DNA of 56,603 bases, the filler included, from Nitrospiraceae bacterium (GTDB lineage Bacteria > Nitrospirota > Nitrospiria > Nitrospirales > UBA2166): the NCBI GenBank assembly GCA_002726235.1. It is 3 parts of 3 records of this genome, joined end to end, with 100 filler letters (N's around TTAATTAATTAA, not from the genome) between each part and the next. Parts side by side here need not be neighbours in the genome. Positions count along the whole stretch, not along the records: positions 49,285 to 56,603 come from PBSN01000024.1; 2 more parts are not named here. One strand, given 5' to 3'. This document shows positions 52,227 through 56,603 of this stretch, one piece after another. The translations under genes were made by a program, and so were the position numbers. Every line of letters begins with the position of its first letter. The first letter of the stretch is position 1. The notes below the pieces were generated by a model. That model made no database searches, was not told the DNA's origin, and saw only the letters and a list, made by a program, of their open reading frames with translations.

Positions 52227-55200
52227 CAAGATACAGACGAAAGAAACAATGCTAGCGATGAAGGAACATCATATTACAATGGATACAATGCTCCAATGGG
52301 ATACAATGCAGACAAATGGAGTATTTACGATGATCCTTCTGATAATGATGATCCGATGGATATAGAAGACGTAACTGAGGAAGTAGCTAGCGAAAATATG
52401 GGAGCAAAAGGTATTACTAATAGAAAACTTAAATTAGTTAAAAAGAGAGAAAAGAAATACAAAGGCGTGTATGTGAGAAGTTCAAAATTAAACAAAATGT
52501 CAGAAGAAGAACAAGTGAGAAAAGCAAAAATCAAATTATCAAAAAGACTTCCAGCTCGATCCAGAAGAGCAGTTAGAAGATTAATCCTTTTCTCCAATAC
52601 AGAATCAATAGATTTAAAGAATACTAAACAATGGAAAGACATTTGTTCATTTTATATGAATAACACCAGAAACAAAACAGGAACAAATATAATAGTAGAC
52701 TCAGGAACAGAATATCATATATTCAGAGACAAAGAAAACTTTAAACAAGCATCAAATGAAAAGATACGTATTAAAGGCGTTTCTGGTAGTTCATATGGAT
52801 ACAAAGGAGTACTTAAAAACTCAGTATTAGGAACAAATATTTCAGCAGTGTGGTTTAAACAACTTCCTGTTGAATGTCTTCTCTCGGTAGAACATTTGAA
52901 AAAGAGAGGTTGGGAGACAATGTTCATGTTAAAACATGATTTCATTCGTAATGCAAGAAGTGGAGAAATTCTATACCTAAACAAAGACTCGTCTACGGGC
53001 TTACCAGTGATGAAATTAACTTTCTCGAATGAAATACAAGAAACCCAATCTTATATATGTTCACCTTGCGAAGATTCGTATACAAATATACAAGCCTATA
53101 ATAATCTACCTAAAAGACTAGTAAAATCAAACAACGGCAAACAGACAAAACGGGGAAAAACACAAACGTCAAGGTTACTTCAGCATCAAAGAATGTGCCA
53201 CATGCATGTGGACGGAGTAACAAGAACAAGATGTTTGGATTGTATGGAAAGTAAGGGCAAAAGGGGAGGCGCGAGTAAAGTAAGAGATCCCAAATACCGT
53301 GTCAGAAACCCCCTTATGCTATTTTCAGCCGACTTCTTTGGCAAGGTTACCCCAACCTCCATCAGAAGTAACAAATGGGTTTTATTATTCATATGTGACG
53401 AGTGTAATTTCGCACATGCTGAATGTATACCAAAGAAATCTGATGCGCCGCAAGCCTTAGAAAGATTTACCAAACAAATTAGACAAAAATGCGGTACAGA
53501 CAAAGAAGGTAGAACAATGGCAAAGCAACTAATAGTTGCAGGAATCCACACAGACAATGAACCTGTGTTAACGGGTACGAAGTGGAAGTCAGTGTGCAAT
53601 CAATTAGGGATAACAGAATTGCATTCAGTTCCATATGTTCCTCAAATGAATGGAACAATAGAAAGATTTGTAGGTACCATGAAAGACGCACTAAGAACAA
53701 CATTATTTGGTGTTGATGGTAGAGTGTGGGATTGGGCCTTAGAACATATCATTTCTGTATGGAATATGAAACAACACAGAAAGTGTGCCAAACACAACAA
53801 CAATGAAATATGCGCTCCAAACAAAATACTGTCAAATATAAGTGATAATCCTTTTGAACAAGGAAAAACAGACAAACAAAAATATTTGCGCAGGTTTGGT
53901 TGCTTAGCATTTTTCAAGGCATGCAAAAATCCGAAAGAGATGGAAAAAGAGAGAAACCTCGTCCTCATACCAAAAAGGTTAAGAGGAATACATCTCGGAT
54001 TTTCAAACAAGAATAGTGCTTGGATAATAGGTACTATAAATTACGGTGGATACTTCACAGTCTACGAATCCCGCGATGTTTCATTTTGCGAGGACATCTT
54101 AGTAAATGATGTGAGAGCACTTGATGTAATATCAAATCCAGACCCACCATTCGTTAAAAGTCTCCTGGATAAGCTCAACGTTGTGGCCGAGAAAGGGAAA
54201 TCCGTTGGGGCTGAGACGTCGGTCGTAGGGGAAATGCGAGAAATCGTTCCCGAAAACCAGCCGCAGGGTTCAGTCTTATCTCAGTGGGAAGTGCCGGAAG
54301 TTGAGAAAACAATACCATTAGAGACGGTAGAATTTGATCAGCTGAAGATAGAGGCACGAGGAAATCCTGATAGACAATTAGATAGGAAAATATCTACAAA
54401 ACCTGAAGAGGTGGATTTCCACAATTCTGATTCCGAAGAAGAGATGGCTAAAGCTCAAATAGACATCCTTCTGGAAGAAAATAATACTAAAAGGGCAAAG
54501 GAAAAAGAAAAGAAGACAGACACGAATCAGAATAATGGTGCTATGCAGGTGCCTGAGGTTCAATTTGGACCATCTGCAGAAATCAGGCGTCGGGGTCGAC
54601 CGCGAGGGTCTAAGGACCAAGTTCAGAGGAACAGACGTACGAAAAGACAAATGCGTACAGAAAAATTAAATACAGCACATGCGATGCTCGCGGAGGATGA
54701 TGGAACCCAAGATTTCTATAGTCACTTTGCTTCATGCGAAGAGGACGAAGAAATAGTAGAAGCAGAAGTATTCTTAGCTAAAGTAGGTGTCGAATCAAAA
54801 CCAGGAGACTCCGTAGGAGCAAGCTGGGCATTCTCACCGAACAATCCAGAAAGGCCCAAGTGGATTGAAGCAAAAGACAAAGAACAAGCCAGATTAATGG
54901 CTTATGAGACATGGAGAAAATTAACTCCAGAAGAAGAAAGCGACTGGAAAAACCGTAAAATTAAAGCTGTACCTTGTGCACTGATCTTAAACAGAAAAAG
55001 GTGTGGAAGGTACAAAGCAAGACTAGTCGTTTTAGGCAACCGTTGGGAACCAACGGGAGACAACTGTGTATACGCAAGTGTAGTATCTCAAGTAGGCAAT
55101 AGAGCTACATTAGTTCACGCAGCGAAAAATGGATACCATGTAATCCCATTTGACATAGGCAATGCTTTTATAAGAGCGTCAATGGGCAGTCTAAAAGTTG

Positions 55201-56579
55201 CAGTCACAATACCAGAAACATTCAGAGACAAAGATCCAAAGGATAACGGTAGAAGAATGTTACTAAAAGCATTATACGGTCTTCCAATATCTCCGAGGTT
55301 ATGGGCTAAATGCTTAGGAAAAGATCTTCTTTCTAAGGGTTGGAAAGAATGTATTAATGAACCAGGAGTTTGGAGGAAACTAGACGCAGACAATAAACCA
55401 GTTGGATACTTAACGGTTTATGTAGACGACTGTGTTCTAGCATGCAAAGACAAAGAGACAGCGGAAAAAGAATTACAAATTATACATGATCTGCACCCTT
55501 TATCAGTTATTGAATGTAAAGAAACACCAGACGGTGGAATCAAATTTGATTTAACTGGAGCAGACATAGAATATAATTCAAAACTAAAAACACTCAAAAT
55601 ATCTATGGCGTCCTACATCCGCAAGATGTTAACGACATATGATATGCTAAAAGCAAAGCCTCGTAACACCCCTTCGTTCGAGGAGAAGAATTTGTATGAC
55701 AAATCAAGCAAAGAATGTAATTTTCCGTTTAGAAATGCAGTTGGAGCTCTACAATGGGCAACAACATGTGCAAGACCAGACCTAGCCCATTCTGTAAATA
55801 TGCTCGCTAGAGCAGGTAGTCAGAAATGCACCGTAGCCATGCAGAAATGCGCAAGGTTGGTGTTTAGGTATCTTCTAGGTACAATTGAATGGAGCTTAAA
55901 CTATTCCCCAGAAAGTGAAGAAAAATTCAATACAGAATTTGATAAAATTGCTAGAGACGAAAATGAGAATGCATCAATGAAAGACAAATTAGAACAAATA
56001 AAGGAACCAATCCATTTGTTCACAGATGCATCATTCGGGGTAGAATACAAAGCAATGAAGTCAATCACTGGAATAGTGCTATACCTTCATGGAACTCCAA
56101 TTGCCTGGAGATCCAAAGTACAAAGTATTTTTACCTCTTGTACTACACAAAGTGAATTTGTAGCATTAAGCGATGCAATACAATTCTCTAATACAATATA
56201 TGGTTTACAAAGATTCTTAATAGGAAAACCTGAGACAGACGAGAACTGCGGACCAATCTGGTCAGATAATCGTGGGGCAGTTCTAATTGGCAGAAAAGGA
56301 AATAAAAATAGGGATGAAATCCCTAAACGTTCTAGACACGTTGCATTGAAATATTCGGAGGTATTAAACCACTCAGAAAGACTATTCTGGGTACCTACCG
56401 AAAATCAACGTGCAGACGGGTTGACAAAATCCCTCAATAAAGAGGCTCTGAGGATGATCATGAACAACCCAAAGACAAAAGATTTTGCAGAGGCTGACGA
56501 AGAAGAAGAAGAGACCTTCTTCTCAGCACTCAGTATGTGCGCAAAACTTGAATGGTTAACATGTGAGAAGACCCGTTAA
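52161..56579 (+). CDS. pol: Ty1/copia Pol polyprotein (protease, integrase, RT, RNase H)
   Basis: IVDSGT protease; HQRMCH..CLDC, ADFFG, HTDNE, NGTIER integrase; RRGRPRGS AT-hook; FDIGNAF, ALYGL, YVDD RT; TDASF, SEF, SDN, ADGLTK RNase H; frame is open from the gag stop onward. Confidence 0.95.
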   Translation, partial: LSRHQSQTSGYWSNTGNTDATDQDTDERNNASDEGTSYYNGYNAPMGYNADKWSIYDDPSDNDDPMDIEDVTEEVASENMGAKGITNRKLKLVKKREKKYKGVYVRSSKLNKMSEEEQVRKAKIKLSKRLPARSRRAVRRLILFSNTESIDLKNTKQWKDICSFYMNNTRNKTGTNIIVDSGTEYHIFRDKENFKQASNEKIRIKGVSGSSYGYKGVLKNSVLGTNISAVWFKQLPVECLLSVEHLKKRGWETMFMLKHDFIRNARSGEILYLNKDSSTGLPVMKLTFSNEIQETQSYICSPCEDSYTNIQAYNNLPKRLVKSNNGKQTKRGKTQTSRLLQHQRMCHMHVDGVTRTRCLDCMESKGKRGGASKVRDPKYRVRNPLMLFSADFFGKVTPTSIRSNKWVLLFICDECNFAHAECIPKKSDAPQALERFTKQIRQKCGTDKEGRTMAKQLIVAGIHTDNEPVLTGTKWKSVCNQLGITELHSVPYVPQMNGTIERFVGTMKDALRTTLFGVDGRVWDWALEHIISVWNMKQHRKCAKHNNNEICAPNKILSNISDNPFEQGKTDKQKYLRRFGCLAFFKACKNPKEMEKERNLVLIPKRLRGIHLGFSNKNSAWIIGTINYGGYFTVYESRDVSFCEDILVNDVRALDVISNPDPPFVKSLLDKLNVVAEKGKSVGAETSVVGEMREIVPENQPQGSVLSQWEVPEVEKTIPLETVEFDQLKIEARGNPDRQLDRKISTKPEEVDFHNSDSEEEMAKAQIDILLEENNTKRAKEKEKKTDTNQNNGAMQVPEVQFGPSAEIRRRGRPRGSKDQVQRNRRTKRQMRTEKLNTAHAMLAEDDGTQDFYSHFASCEEDEEIVEAEVFLAKVGVESKPGDSVGASWAFSPNNPERPKWIEAKDKEQARLMAYETWRKLTPEEESDWKNRKIKAVPCALILNRKRCGRYKARLVVLGNRWEPTGDNCVYASVVSQVGNRATLVHAAKNGYHVIPFDIGNAFIRASMGSLKVAVTIPETFRDKDPKDNGRRMLLKALYGLPISPRLWAKCLGKDLLSKGWKECINEPGVWRKLDADNKPVGYLTVYVDDCVLACKDKETAEKELQIIHDLHPLSVIECKETPDGGIKFDLTGADIEYNSKLKTLKISMASYIRKMLTTYDMLKAKPRNTPSFEEKNLYDKSSKECNFPFRNAVGALQWATTCARPDLAHSVNMLARAGSQKCTVAMQKCARLVFRYLLGTIEWSLNYSPESEEKFNTEFDKIARDENENASMKDKLEQIKEPIHLFTDASFGVEYKAMKSITGIVLYLHGTPIAWRSKVQSIFTSCTTQSEFVALSDAIQFSNTIYGLQRFLIGKPETDENCGPIWSDNRGAVLIGRKGNKNRDEIPKRSRHVALKYSEVLNHSERLFWVPTENQRADGLTKSLNKEALRMIMNNPKTKDFAEADEEEEETFFSALSMCAKLEWLTCEKTR

Positions 56580-56603
56580 AGTAAACATGAGCATTAATGG
56601 TCA

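Larger units (their letters stand above)
49953..56603 (+). mobile_element. Ty1/copia (Pseudoviridae) LTR retrotransposon of eukaryotic origin
   Basis: gag, then PR-IN-RT-RNase H domain order; strongly AT-rich; own contig. Confidence 0.95.

Noticed and set aside
51748..52365. 205-aa overlapping ORF as a frameshift bridge between gag and pol
   Set aside because: gag and pol are already in frame; the ORF has no recognisable motif and likely reflects biased composition.

Overview
The window is three unrelated contigs joined by two artificial spacers (N-run, TTAATTAATTAA, N-run at 22890-22989 and 49185-49284). Contig A (1-22889, bacterial) carries an ino1 / IPCT-DIPPS / HD-domain operon (di-myo-inositol-phosphate type). 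It also carries a nitrate-assimilation island with three sigma-54 promoters: a NasA-type Mo enzyme with a fused DmsB-DmsC ferredoxin/membrane anchor, fused NirBD, a porin, NarK and a PP2C-Ser/Thr kinase. These are followed by GIY-YIG, a frameshifted Mrr, a TonB-receptor pseudogene and modAB. Contig B (22990-49184) is core chromosome around oriC: tandem NuoM-like genes, SulP, gyrA-gyrB-dnaN-dnaA, DsrEFH-like genes, tRNA-Leu, tig-clpP-clpX-rpsU, nrdJ, gdh, ald, pyrF, tRNA-Arg with an att scar, a wHTH gene and a histone-H1-like gene. Gene content and order suggest Nitrospirota (inference). Contig C (49285-56603) is AT-rich and eukaryotic: an apparently intact Ty1/copia LTR retrotransposon. Its gag and pol are in the same frame, separated by a single UGA-CUA followed by a perfect 10-bp stem, which is a probable programmed stop-codon readthrough signal. 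Its Gag carries SAP-like domains.
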